Program-made: the position numbers and the translations under genes
In this document: in pieces, positions 8,920-18,600 of the stretch
How positions within the stretch are numbered: position 1 is the first letter of the stretch
How the letters are laid out: the number at the start of each line of letters is the position of its first letter
Notes under the pieces: generated by a model
The model's database searches: none
What the model was told of the DNA's origin: nothing
What the model saw: only the letters and a program-made list of their open reading frames with translations
DNA from: a virus
Virus record (IMG/VR): IMGVR_UViG_3300031951_000014
Reading direction: 5' to 3' (one strand)
DNA: 64,000 nt

Positions 8920-9811
8920 TTTGGTTATCAACAACGATATTGAAGGAAAAGATCTTGGTGGCGGAGTTGTTCTTTTCGAGAATGCTGTTAGCTTTGATGG
9001 TGATAAGGCATTTGATTTTTGTGAAGAGATAGTCACAAGAGAAAGAAATGCAATGTATAAGCCTGGAATTGACCCAGAAACAGGAGAAGAAATCTATATA
9101 AATAGAAGTGGATACTTCTTTGGTAAAGAATCAATTGACATCATGCCAGGAAGAGGTTCTGCGGCACACCAAGATCCTAGAGAAGACGTTGTTAATTTTC
9201 TTAATGGACTTGAACAGTCAAGAGATAAATACTTATTTAAATATTTAGAATTTTATCCGCTAGCATTCAAATGTATATGGTGGAAGGTAAAAGGTCACAT
9301 CGTTGCCTACAAAAAAGGCGCTTATTTAGGTCCACACTCAGATATTAGCACTGATTACATATATGGAGTTTGGACTCCAAATGATCAACTTGCGATGAGA
9401 AGTACAGTAACAGCTCTTATATATTTTAATGATTGTGTTGACTCAGAAGACAAATTAGATGGAAAGAATTTCATGGGTGGTCATCATTATTTCAATTATT
9501 TAGACATTACTCATATCCCTAAAAAGGGAGATATTTTATTTTTTCCAGCCTCGTACACTGCTGGGCATGAGGTCAAGCCAGTTGAAGGTGGAATGAGATA
9601 CTCTTATCTTGGATGGTATAGTCACGGAACTCCAAATATAGAAGTTAAAGAAGCAGTAGCTGATCCACTTGTTGATCCTGTCGCAGCACAGACATCAACA
9701 AACGTATACATGCCAACTCTTGTAGAAGACTACAGAAAGCATCTTTTATCTAGGGGTTATGACGAGTTTTCAGAACAATATAGAATTACAAAATCAAGCT
9801 ATGGTCAATAA
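8912..9811 (+). CDS. 2OG-Fe(II) oxygenase (tandem paralog 3)
   Basis: WWKVKGH, HSD, YFNDCVDSE, HEV, RYSYL. Confidence 0.85.
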   Translation: MNNLVINNDIEGKDLGGGVVLFENAVSFDGDKAFDFCEEIVTRERNAMYKPGIDPETGEEIYINRSGYFFGKESIDIMPGRGSAAHQDPREDVVNFLNGLEQSRDKYLFKYLEFYPLAFKCIWWKVKGHIVAYKKGAYLGPHSDISTDYIYGVWTPNDQLAMRSTVTALIYFNDCVDSEDKLDGKNFMGGHHYFNYLDITHIPKKGDILFFPASYTAGHEVKPVEGGMRYSYLGWYSHGTPNIEVKEAVADPLVDPVAAQTSTNVYMPTLVEDYRKHLLSRGYDEFSEQYRITKSSYGQ

Positions 9812-10611
9812 TGTTAGATACTAAATTAAAAATGAAAGATGTAGGTAGCGGTCTTTGTGTTGTGGAAGACGCTATTGATATTAACCAAAAGTTTTTATTT
9901 GACTACATAATGATGTTGAGAGAAGAAGAAGAAAAAACTTTTACATATGTTGTTGAAGATGGTAAAAGATATGCGATTAATAAAACTGGATTTAAATTTG
10001 ATCCAGATGCGGTCAGCTTGGCACCAAATAGATTTATAGATCCACTATTAAAAATGAATAATTCATTAACAAGACAAGTAACTAAGGAGCAAGAGCAATT
10101 TATAGCAGACTTAGAAGATCTAATGTACAGAATACTTGTTGAATACTGTAAGTATTATCCAGACGCTTCAACGGTCTGCTGGTGGAGAGGTATGGGTCAT
10201 ATCGCAACATATGAAAATGGTCAGGGAATAGGCCCACACTGTGATGATCAGATCCCATTTAGGTTTGGAGAAAAACCAAAAAATGAGTACCCAAAACATA
10301 GTAAGGTAAGTGTTAATATTTACTTAAATGATTGTGTTGACTCAGAAGATCAGTTAAACGGATATAATTTTATGGGCGGAGAGATTACGCATAAACACGC
10401 AAAACATACCTATAAGCCAAAAGCTGGATCAGCCGTAATATACCCTACTAATTTTATAGGAACTCATGAAGTGGCTCCAGTAACTGCTGGCCTAAGAATA
10501 GCCTATCTTGGGTCTTTTTTATATGGGACACCATCAGAAGGCATTACAGAAAACGGAGACTGGAGAATCTGGATGCCAAATCTAAGAAAAGATGCTGGGT
10601 TAGAATTTTAA
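9811..10611 (+). CDS. 2OG-Fe(II) oxygenase (tandem paralog 4)
   Basis: WWRGMGH, HCDD, YLNDCVDSE, HEV, RIAYL. Confidence 0.85.
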   Translation: MLDTKLKMKDVGSGLCVVEDAIDINQKFLFDYIMMLREEEEKTFTYVVEDGKRYAINKTGFKFDPDAVSLAPNRFIDPLLKMNNSLTRQVTKEQEQFIADLEDLMYRILVEYCKYYPDASTVCWWRGMGHIATYENGQGIGPHCDDQIPFRFGEKPKNEYPKHSKVSVNIYLNDCVDSEDQLNGYNFMGGEITHKHAKHTYKPKAGSAVIYPTNFIGTHEVAPVTAGLRIAYLGSFLYGTPSEGITENGDWRIWMPNLRKDAGLEF

Positions 10612-10624
10612 ATTTATTACTATA
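10612..10624 (+). promoter_or_regulatory. Putative phage late promoter motif (TTACTATA)
   Basis: ATTTATTACTATA at the start of the structural module; recurrent motif. Confidence 0.5.
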
Positions 10625-10651
10625 AACATATACGTTTATTAAAGGTAAAGA

Positions 10652-10936
10652 ATGATATACAACCAGCCAATAGCCTACAATAGCAATGTTACCTATTCGG
10701 GCGTTTTAGTCATAAACGCGCCAAGTATATCTAGCCCAATAATCGTAAATAATGTAACCTTTTTTTATCCAACTAATGAAGACTTTTCTAATTTAACAAC
10801 TATTGCAGTTGTGAGTATAGATACCTCAATAGATGGGATTATAACAGTCCAAGCACTAGATGATCAGGTTACAGCTTTAGCAAGTGCCTCAGTAATAGCA
10901 ATTTCTGGCACAGCTGAAATTACTATAGTGGCGTAA
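10652..10936 (+). CDS. Hypothetical protein, probably virion-associated
   Basis: 94-aa Val/Ile/Ser/Thr-rich ORF with an AAGG RBS. Confidence 0.65.
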   Translation: MIYNQPIAYNSNVTYSGVLVINAPSISSPIIVNNVTFFYPTNEDFSNLTTIAVVSIDTSIDGIITVQALDDQVTALASASVIAISGTAEITIVA

Positions 10937-10980
10937 ATCAGCTACTATAAAGAGTAAATTACTTTAATTTTGGAGATAAA

Positions 10981-11877
10981 ATGTCCGTTAGCAACGTTTT
11001 GGTTAATGATAGCGTCAGACTAAAAGTCAAATTTCTTGACCAAGGTGACGGTGGCGTACAAGTAGAAGCAGAGATAGTCAGTGTTCAGGTTTTAATAAAA
11101 AATTCAGACGCTGAAATAGTAATTAATACATCAGCGACTCTTTTGTCTGGTTCTGAATATTATTATGACTTTACTCCAACAGAGGCTGACACATACACAG
11201 TAACATTTACTGGCACCACATCTTCAGGGAACAGTATAGTTTCCAAATTAACATTGTATGCGAATAGTTCTACTACTGACTATGAGCCAACGGTAACTCT
11301 AAGAGCAGATGAAACTATTATATTTGCTCCTGATTTATCGCCACTCTATCTTGATCCAGAAGAGCTTGTTGCCATTTTTCCAGACGCTTCTTTAATTGAA
11401 ATCGGAGAAATGATTTATAGATACTCTTTAGAAATAAAAGAAATATATGGGCTAAAAGGTGATGAGGATGGATCTACGCTACCATTTATTATACTTGAGT
11501 ACATTAAAGCAGCAGCAGCTTGTGAGTTAAGTAGAACATATGGCTTTGGTGGAGATGATGAACTTTCATTAAAGTTGGCAGATTTAGAAATTACAAACAG
11601 ATCTGCACCAAGAGCAGTTGCTACTAGATCAAATGCAACAACTTGGTGCCAAATAGCCGCTTCTTTGAGAAGAGAGGTCCTTGCAAAGAAAGTATCAATG
11701 AGAGGGGTGCAACCAAAAGGACTTCCAAACAGAAGAGTTGCAACTTCAGGAAAAACACTCGATCCACAAACTGGTCAACTAATTTATTTGTCAGACAAAG
11801 AGCTTTATGGTCCAGGCAAAAAACCAATAGTGCAAGATGACCCAATGCCGGACAGAAGACTGCGTCAATATGATTAA
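10981..11877 (+). CDS. Putative neck/head-tail adaptor protein with Ig-like N-terminus
   Basis: N-terminal YYYDFTP...TYTVTF Ig-like pattern and a helical C-terminal part; lies upstream of the sheath genes. Confidence 0.5.
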   Translation: MSVSNVLVNDSVRLKVKFLDQGDGGVQVEAEIVSVQVLIKNSDAEIVINTSATLLSGSEYYYDFTPTEADTYTVTFTGTTSSGNSIVSKLTLYANSSTTDYEPTVTLRADETIIFAPDLSPLYLDPEELVAIFPDASLIEIGEMIYRYSLEIKEIYGLKGDEDGSTLPFIILEYIKAAAACELSRTYGFGGDDELSLKLADLEITNRSAPRAVATRSNATTWCQIAASLRREVLAKKVSMRGVQPKGLPNRRVATSGKTLDPQTGQLIYLSDKELYGPGKKPIVQDDPMPDRRLRQYD

Positions 11878-12250
11878 TGCAAAAAAAGTTTTTAAACAAA
11901 TACTAAGAGAATGGGGTCACGATATTCTCCTGCAAAGAAGATTATCTGATGACGGCCTTTATTCCGATAAACTTGAAAGAGTAACCACAAGACACACTAA
12001 CGCAGCCTCAAGATATTTAGCTTCAACAAAGCAGGAAGAAATTGAAGGCTTAACCATAAATTCAAATAGAGTTTATTATTTTGAATCAGAAATAAACCCA
12101 AAACCAGGGGATAGAATATATGAAGGTTCTTTTTCTTTACTTGAAGACTATGTTCTATATGTAATAGAGGAATGCTACCCAGTAAGAGGTAGATATGGTA
12201 AAGTTGAATATTGGATGTGTGGGGCAAGCAAAGAAGAAACGGCAAGTTAA
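11870..12250 (+). CDS. Putative head-closure/completion protein
   Basis: ILREWGHDILLQR...PKPGDRI pattern and synteny. The likely start is MINAKK at 11870. Confidence 0.55.
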   Translation: MINAKKVFKQILREWGHDILLQRRLSDDGLYSDKLERVTTRHTNAASRYLASTKQEEIEGLTINSNRVYYFESEINPKPGDRIYEGSFSLLEDYVLYVIEECYPVRGRYGKVEYWMCGASKEETAS

Positions 12251-13840
12251 ATGTTAGTTGTAACACCAGGACAAAGTGTAGAAATACCATTTATATATAA
12301 GTCTGGCTATGAATATGTAGATCCAGAATCTAATATTATAATTTTCTTAAAAAGAGGTTTAAGTTCAGTAGGGCCAGTAATAATTGGGCCGTATGTTTAT
12401 AATATAGATTTAGCTACAGCAGCAAGCCCAGGCTATTCACAGTCATTTACAGCAACAGATTCGGTAGAAAGAATCTCAGAAGGTTATTACAATCTTGTAA
12501 TGCAGATACCTGCAAATGCATTTGACGGACAATATACAATTGAAATAAATACAACTTTAAATGGTGCAATTGATATTAAGGAAATTAATATCCACATAAA
12601 AGCCGTAGTGCAAAGCTCTGATTCAGACTACTCTTTGTTTGGAAAATCTGTTTCAATTAATTCAACTTCTAAATATAAGTTGATGGATCAGTTTGATACA
12701 AATAATGTACTTTTAATAGGACATACAGATGCAATAGAGCCATATGGTATTCAAAAAATTAGTTCTATAAAAGAAGGCGTAGATTTATTAAGAGCAGATA
12801 TTAATTCTCCATTACTAAGAGGAATGTTTGACGCCTATAGTTGTGGTGCAAGAGATATATATTTAATGTCAGCAGGCTACATGAATCAGTACGTTGATAA
12901 TGTAGCTGAAAGAAATACGCCAATATTTAAAGACAGTGTTAATGATACATTTACTTTTTACCAAACATATTATAATAGTCTCGCAATCTGCTATAACCTA
13001 ATTGAACAATATGATTTTATAGATTTTGTTGTTCCACTAGAAGCTAGTATGATAAACACTGGAACAGTAAATTTTGCAAAGCAGTTAGCTAATTTCTGTA
13101 ATAAAATCCAAGAAAATACTGGCGAAGTAACCATAGGCATATTAGGTTCAAAGAACCAGGGTGTTAATTCTCAAGATGTCACAGAATTAATAAATAAAAA
13201 TTTTGACATTCAAAGTACGATTGATGGAAATGGTTTTATAACAAAAGACACAGGTAAGCACTTAGTGCTTGTTTATGGAGAAGCTATCTTTGCACATAAA
13301 CAACTGCAAACAAGTTATAGCTCATCTTTAGCTGCAGCAACAGCTGGCTTATTGTCTTCAATGCAAGTTAATTATGGAATAAGCAATCAAAGAATTCCTG
13401 CTGCTCTTTCTGGCTATGGGGCAGAACTAACTACAGCACAAGTAAAATCTTTGAATGACAAAGGAATTAATTCGATAACAAGAGGAAGTAGATCAAGAAG
13501 ATTTGCTGGCCCATATGATGTATATCTGAGTGGTGACTTTACGCAATCAATAAGCGAAAACTTTAAAGATTCTTCCAATGTTCGTTTAGCTGCAATGGTG
13601 ATATCTGAAGTGCAAGCAATTAGCAAAAATGCAATAGGTAAATTTGGATACTCTAAAATTACTAGCAAAGTTGAAGCATTATTAAATTTCTTAAAAATTA
13701 ATGATATAGTTAGAAACTATAGTTTAGACGCGTATGCAGATAAGCAAGAAAAAGGAAAAATGTACTTTAACATAACACTTGTTTCTTCTAGAACTTTAAG
13801 AGAACTATCATTTAACATAGCATCAGGAAGAGGCGCATAA
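12251..13840 (+). CDS. Tail sheath-like protein (paralog with N-terminal extension)
   Basis: SPLLRGMFDAYSCGARDIYL, AAATAGLLS, LNDKGIN and RLAAMVISEV parallel the 14668 sheath gene. Confidence 0.7.
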   Translation: MLVVTPGQSVEIPFIYKSGYEYVDPESNIIIFLKRGLSSVGPVIIGPYVYNIDLATAASPGYSQSFTATDSVERISEGYYNLVMQIPANAFDGQYTIEINTTLNGAIDIKEINIHIKAVVQSSDSDYSLFGKSVSINSTSKYKLMDQFDTNNVLLIGHTDAIEPYGIQKISSIKEGVDLLRADINSPLLRGMFDAYSCGARDIYLMSAGYMNQYVDNVAERNTPIFKDSVNDTFTFYQTYYNSLAICYNLIEQYDFIDFVVPLEASMINTGTVNFAKQLANFCNKIQENTGEVTIGILGSKNQGVNSQDVTELINKNFDIQSTIDGNGFITKDTGKHLVLVYGEAIFAHKQLQTSYSSSLAAATAGLLSSMQVNYGISNQRIPAALSGYGAELTTAQVKSLNDKGINSITRGSRSRRFAGPYDVYLSGDFTQSISENFKDSSNVRLAAMVISEVQAISKNAIGKFGYSKITSKVEALLNFLKINDIVRNYSLDAYADKQEKGKMYFNITLVSSRTLRELSFNIASGRGA

Positions 13841-14580
13841 TGCCACAGAACTACCCAATGTTCCCAACAGCTAATATCAATGAATTTTCATTTGACAGAG
13901 TTTCAGGCAGTTTGCCTCCACTGCAAGCACAAGGGAATTTAACATATATAGAATTTATAGCAGCCGTAAAAGCCCTCTGGGAAAACGCATACCCAAATAT
14001 TAAAATAAAACCTATTCAAAATGGCGACTATGCAGAATATCCTGTTATAGCATATGGATTAGAGTTAAGAAGGGCTCATTCCGTAGAGCCAAAGCCCAGA
14101 AGTAGAGTATCACCATCAAAAGATATAGCTATTTTTGGTCAAAGATTTCAAAATATAATATCTTTTACCGTAATAACAAAGTCAAATTCAGGTGAATTAA
14201 AAGGATCTTCAGATAGATATGCTGGTCCAGAGGTTGCAGAAAAGGTTATTGAAATATTCGAAGATTTTATGTTGGAATATACCCCAGTTTTTAAAAGATT
14301 AGGTGCATCAGAGTTAGTATATGCCAGAAGATTATCAGATTCTGAGGAAAATAGGGACGCTACAGATGTAAATAAAAGAACCGTAACCTATATGTTAACA
14401 ACCGAAAAGCTTATTGGCATGGAGGTTGGGCGTATAGAGCAAATAGCGTTAGACGTAAGACGTTATATGGCTATGGAAAAAGAGATTTGGGACCAATTCT
14501 ATGAAGGCTCAACACCAACATATGAAGGAACTGAATTAAATATAATTGATTTAAATCAATCAGCTACTCCAGATTCATAA
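13840..14580 (+). CDS. Putative tail terminator/completion protein
   Basis: YPVIAYGL, FQNIISFTV and IFEDFMLEY pattern; lies between the two sheath genes. Confidence 0.5.
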   Translation: MPQNYPMFPTANINEFSFDRVSGSLPPLQAQGNLTYIEFIAAVKALWENAYPNIKIKPIQNGDYAEYPVIAYGLELRRAHSVEPKPRSRVSPSKDIAIFGQRFQNIISFTVITKSNSGELKGSSDRYAGPEVAEKVIEIFEDFMLEYTPVFKRLGASELVYARRLSDSEENRDATDVNKRTVTYMLTTEKLIGMEVGRIEQIALDVRRYMAMEKEIWDQFYEGSTPTYEGTELNIIDLNQSATPDS

Positions 14581-14612
14581 ATTATTAGTGGTTTGTTTTC
14601 AAACAATGCCCA

Positions 14613-14620
14613 TTACTATA
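14613..14620 (+). promoter_or_regulatory. Putative phage late promoter motif TTACTATA
   Basis: Intergenic, upstream of the major sheath gene, which has a GGAGG RBS. Confidence 0.5.
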
Positions 14621-14667
14621 TTGATGAAGTAAAAATACATATGCTGCAAGCGGAGGTCTAAAAGCTA

Positions 14668-15924
14668 ATGGCTCTACCAGGTGTAAAAACAGTAATCAAA
14701 GATAGATTTTATAGTATCTCTCGCCAAGATATTCCAGTTGGCCCGAGAGTAGTTCTTATCGCAAAAAGAGGAACACCCAGCACTACTGGCAATGTTCAAG
14801 ATCTTGACGTAGTTCAGGCTACAAGCGAACAAGATGTAATTCAAGCTTTCGGAGAAGATTCACAAATCCATAGAGGATATTTTGAACTTCTTGCTGGTGG
14901 AGCAGAAAGAATTTTCATTGTTCCACTTCCAGCAGACTCATCATTTAATCACACAACAGGTGCGATTACAAGCGTAACATACGCAGCAGCAGGTGGTGGA
15001 AATGTTTTTGATGCAGCGTTTGAAGCAGCTGAATCAGCTCAGCCAGACATTATAGTTCCTTGGGGCCGTGGAACACATTCAAGTGAATGGCAAAATCCTG
15101 CAACACCAGCTGACGATGAAGAGTATGGCTTTTACGCAAATAACGGAACTGGTTCAGCTAGTTGGGCAGCAAAAGTAGCTGATAAGGTTAAGGACATTTC
15201 AGAAAATTCACACGCATGCTTCGCAGTAATGGGAATTAAGCCATACGTAGGAACATCTGAGTTCATGACTCCAGCACAAGTTTCCTCACATCTCTATAAC
15301 TCAGGATCTGGTCCTGCTAACTTAATTAGCAGAGATTCTTCAACAATGGAAGAAATTGGTAGACACGTTGTTGTTATTGCATCAGAGCTCAAGCCTGTAA
15401 ATTACAATGCAGACTGGGGTTACTCAAATGGTGCAACAACATTCGCCGCAGCGATCAGCAGAATGTCATCATTTACTTCACCTGTTAATAAGACAGCTTA
15501 CAACGTAGCATCTATTAGATATAACCCATCAAGAGCACAGCAGTTAGCGCTTTCCAATCTTGGTGTTAACTTTATTGCCTTGAACTTCAATAAGATTCCA
15601 GTCTTTGTTGAAGGTCTTACAATGGCAGCAGCTACATCAGACTACACAAGAATTTCTACAATGAGAATTGTTACAGAAGCAGCTCTTCTTGTTAGACAAG
15701 TTTGCACGAAGTTTGTTGGCGAGGCATCCACATTACAAACACGTAATTCAATGGAAACAGCCATAACTTCTGCACTACGTGGCATGCAACAAGTCGGTGC
15801 CTTGCTTGACAGTGACTTCACAGTTAGTTACTGGCCAGCAGAAAATAAGGCGTTTGTTGATCTCGTGCTCACACCAGCATTTGAACTCAAGAACATTGAA
15901 GTTCAAGTCGCAGTAACAATATAA
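14668..15924 (+). CDS. Major tail sheath protein
   Basis: MALPGV start, FG...GAERI, RISTMRI, KFVGE, LTPAFELKNIEV sheath-type C-terminus; strong RBS. Confidence 0.85.
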   Translation: MALPGVKTVIKDRFYSISRQDIPVGPRVVLIAKRGTPSTTGNVQDLDVVQATSEQDVIQAFGEDSQIHRGYFELLAGGAERIFIVPLPADSSFNHTTGAITSVTYAAAGGGNVFDAAFEAAESAQPDIIVPWGRGTHSSEWQNPATPADDEEYGFYANNGTGSASWAAKVADKVKDISENSHACFAVMGIKPYVGTSEFMTPAQVSSHLYNSGSGPANLISRDSSTMEEIGRHVVVIASELKPVNYNADWGYSNGATTFAAAISRMSSFTSPVNKTAYNVASIRYNPSRAQQLALSNLGVNFIALNFNKIPVFVEGLTMAAATSDYTRISTMRIVTEAALLVRQVCTKFVGEASTLQTRNSMETAITSALRGMQQVGALLDSDFTVSYWPAENKAFVDLVLTPAFELKNIEVQVAVTI

Positions 15925-15965
15925 ATAAAACATATATCTGATATACCGAATTAGGAGGGTATAAT

Positions 15966-16664
15966 ATGGCTGGTTCAGACTATTACGACAGTGCGGTTAA
16001 TAAGTATCTTAATACTTACACCACATTCTCAGGAGCTGACATTGTTGCCACATTTGGTGGCGTTGAAATCGGTGCACTTTCAGGAATTACTTTTTCAGTA
16101 ACAAGAGAAAAAGCACCAATCTACACAATGGGTTCACCAAACCCAAGATCTTTCTCAAGAGGAAAGCGTGGTATCGCTGGTTCATTGATCTTTACAGTAT
16201 TTGATCGCCCAGCACTTTACCAAATGCTTGATGCAAACCACCAGAAGGATAACGCACAATTGTTTTACACAAGAAGACATAATACTCTTCCTGGAGACGT
16301 AGGACACAAGCGTGGTATTGCAGAGTTCTCAACACAAGATTCTGACGTAGTATCACAAGTACCATTCTACGCAGACCAAATTCCTCCGTTTGACATTACC
16401 ATAACTTTTGCCAATGAATACGGTCAAGGTGCTGTACGTTCAATCTATGGCGTAGAGCTTCTTAACGAGGGTTCTGGAGCATCAATGGACGACATCGTCA
16501 TTGAAGAAACCATGACCTATGTTGCAAGAGAAATTGGTCCAATGTACAGAATTACAACAGACCAACTCGCCAATGGCAAGTTTAATACAGGTGACCTCAG
16601 AGACATGATCAACAAAGATACAGTTTCTGAAGCCGGTCTCAATCCTAAGATAATTAGACCATAA
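15966..16664 (+). CDS. Major tail tube protein (putative)
   Basis: TFSGADI, SVTREKAPIYTMG, RGKRGIAGSLIF, DQIPPFDITI, YGVELLNEG, YVAR. Follows the sheath; GGAGG RBS; terminator downstream. Confidence 0.75.
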   Translation: MAGSDYYDSAVNKYLNTYTTFSGADIVATFGGVEIGALSGITFSVTREKAPIYTMGSPNPRSFSRGKRGIAGSLIFTVFDRPALYQMLDANHQKDNAQLFYTRRHNTLPGDVGHKRGIAEFSTQDSDVVSQVPFYADQIPPFDITITFANEYGQGAVRSIYGVELLNEGSGASMDDIVIEETMTYVAREIGPMYRITTDQLANGKFNTGDLRDMINKDTVSEAGLNPKIIRP

Positions 16665-16691
16665 TTTAATTAAACCTGCTAAAAGTAAGTT

Positions 16692-16736
16692 GATATGGAG
16701 GACGGGGGAAACTCTGGTCCTCCATATCTATTTTTT
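16692..16736 (+). terminator. Rho-independent terminator
   Basis: 12-bp stem GATATGGAGGAC / GTCCTCCATATC followed by TATTTTTT. Confidence 0.85.
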
Positions 16737-16753
16737 AGCAAAGATAGGATAAA

Positions 16754-17494
16754 ATGAATAGAATAGACCCTAAACCAATCAAGTATGATTTTGGACCATA
16801 TCATAGAAGAGCAAATCTATATGATCAGGAAGCAATTAGTAAAGTAAGGGCAGAAAAGGGTTTACCAGATCCATTTTCAAACATGTCTTTTGCAGGAACT
16901 GATATTTCTGCAACGATGGTTATACCAGTAATAGATAGATTAAATGGCACAATCCAATCAATGGATGTACTTGAACTAGCTGAAGTACAAACAATATCTT
17001 ATTCTATTCATAGAGAAAATTCTCCCGTAAGAACAGTGGGTCACGTTAACCCAAGAGGCTTTGTTAAGGGTGGAAGAACAATAGCTGGTTCACTTATATT
17101 TACCGTATTTAATGAGTACGCTTTTTATAGAATAAAAGAATATAGAAATATAATGTCAGAAACTGGTTTGTTTTTTGCTCCCTTAGCTGACATGTTACCA
17201 CCATTTGACATTGTTTTAACATTTTTTAATGAATATGGTTTGGGTTCAAAAATGAAAATATATGGTGTTACAATAGTGGATGAAGGTCAAACAATGTCTG
17301 TGGACGACCTTATCACTGAACAAACATATACTTTTATGGCTAGAGGAATTCAACCAATGATTTCCATGGACTATGACCCGATGCTTCTCGGTGCAGAAGA
17401 AAGCGCTGTCTACAAAGACAGACAAAATAACTTTTACGGTGAAGAAAAAATGTTAGAATATACTAGATTTATAGACAGAGTAAGAAAGCCTTAA
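16754..17494 (+). CDS. Tail tube-like paralog 2
   Basis: SFAGTDI, SIHRENSPVRTVG, RTIAGSLIFTVF, DMLPPFDI, YGVTIVDEG and FMAR match the 15966 gene. Confidence 0.75.
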   Translation: MNRIDPKPIKYDFGPYHRRANLYDQEAISKVRAEKGLPDPFSNMSFAGTDISATMVIPVIDRLNGTIQSMDVLELAEVQTISYSIHRENSPVRTVGHVNPRGFVKGGRTIAGSLIFTVFNEYAFYRIKEYRNIMSETGLFFAPLADMLPPFDIVLTFFNEYGLGSKMKIYGVTIVDEGQTMSVDDLITEQTYTFMARGIQPMISMDYDPMLLGAEESAVYKDRQNNFYGEEKMLEYTRFIDRVRKP

Positions 17495-17498
17495 ACGC

Positions 17499-18548
17499 AT
17501 GGCAGGTGCAGCAGACCAAAATGGAAGACTTTACGGAAAACCTTTTAGGCCGTTTAGCTCTTATTTACCACCAGAATTTAAATTTGCAAAAGAAGGTGAT
17601 GCCTACTCATTAATAATGCCAGATTCCTTTGATCCACTAAACCCAGATATTGATTTACAGTGGGCTGGAAAAGTAGATGATACAGCAAAGTTTAATAATT
17701 ATTACGATTACTTTTTTACTGGTGAAGATGTAAAAATTTATATAGATGGTTTATTTGACGCCGGTGATGAATTAGATATAGCAAGTTTTGCATTTAATAT
17801 AGTCCAACAAAAAACTCCATTGTATGGTTTTTGGTCATATAACTATGATGTTATGATGACTGGCACAAGAATAGTCACTGGTGAATTCGTAGTACATAGT
17901 AGATATCCTGGAAGAATGAGAGACTTGCTTTCAAAAGCTGCAGATGTTAGAGCTTCTTTTTATACAGATTCTCCAAAATCTCAAATTCAATCTTATTTAA
18001 GAGGTGACAAAGAAAGTCAAGAAGACGATAAAAATATACAAAAATATTGGGGGGCAAGCCAGCTTGATAGACTGTCATCCGATCAAAGAAATTCTTCAAA
18101 CGACAGAAACATATTTAGTGCTCACCCTCCATTTAACTTTGTAATAAAATATGGATCCCAAGAAGGTTCTTTAACAACCCTGGTTAGAAATAAGGGGACA
18201 GGTGGCGATCAGTCATACGATATGCTTGATAGACTGATGTCACTAGATTATAATGACAGACTAAGTCAAACAAATATTAGAGAAATGGATATTATTTTAC
18301 AAAGCATTCATTTAACAACTATGTCTACAAATTATAATCCAGGTGGAAATCCTTTGGTGGAAGCTTATCAATTTATAGCTAGAGATATGTATATCTCTGA
18401 AGGGGTCAGAAAAGATCCTCCAAATGGTCAAATAACTATAAATGAAGAGCAACAGACAAGATCAACAAATTCCACAATCGTACAACCTCCTCCAACTGAA
18501 GAAGAGCTCCTATCGCTAAAGGATAGAGCAAGATTGTACGAAGAATAA
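17499..18548 (+). CDS. Tail tube-like paralog 3 (tube initiator candidate)
   Basis: FFTGEDVKIYI, QQKTPLYG, GTRIVTGEF, PPFNFVI, YQFIARD. Confidence 0.6.
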   Translation: MAGAADQNGRLYGKPFRPFSSYLPPEFKFAKEGDAYSLIMPDSFDPLNPDIDLQWAGKVDDTAKFNNYYDYFFTGEDVKIYIDGLFDAGDELDIASFAFNIVQQKTPLYGFWSYNYDVMMTGTRIVTGEFVVHSRYPGRMRDLLSKAADVRASFYTDSPKSQIQSYLRGDKESQEDDKNIQKYWGASQLDRLSSDQRNSSNDRNIFSAHPPFNFVIKYGSQEGSLTTLVRNKGTGGDQSYDMLDRLMSLDYNDRLSQTNIREMDIILQSIHLTTMSTNYNPGGNPLVEAYQFIARDMYISEGVRKDPPNGQITINEEQQTRSTNSTIVQPPPTEEELLSLKDRARLYEE

Positions 18549-18557
18549 TAATAATTG

Positions 18558-18566
18558 TGGTATACT
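18558..18566 (+). promoter_or_regulatory. Extended -10 promoter (TGGTATACT)
   Basis: Intergenic TGnTAnnnT element upstream of the chaperone gene, which has an AGGAG RBS. Confidence 0.55.
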
Positions 18567-18600
18567 TATTTAAATAGAAAATACTTAATCAGGAGAAATC

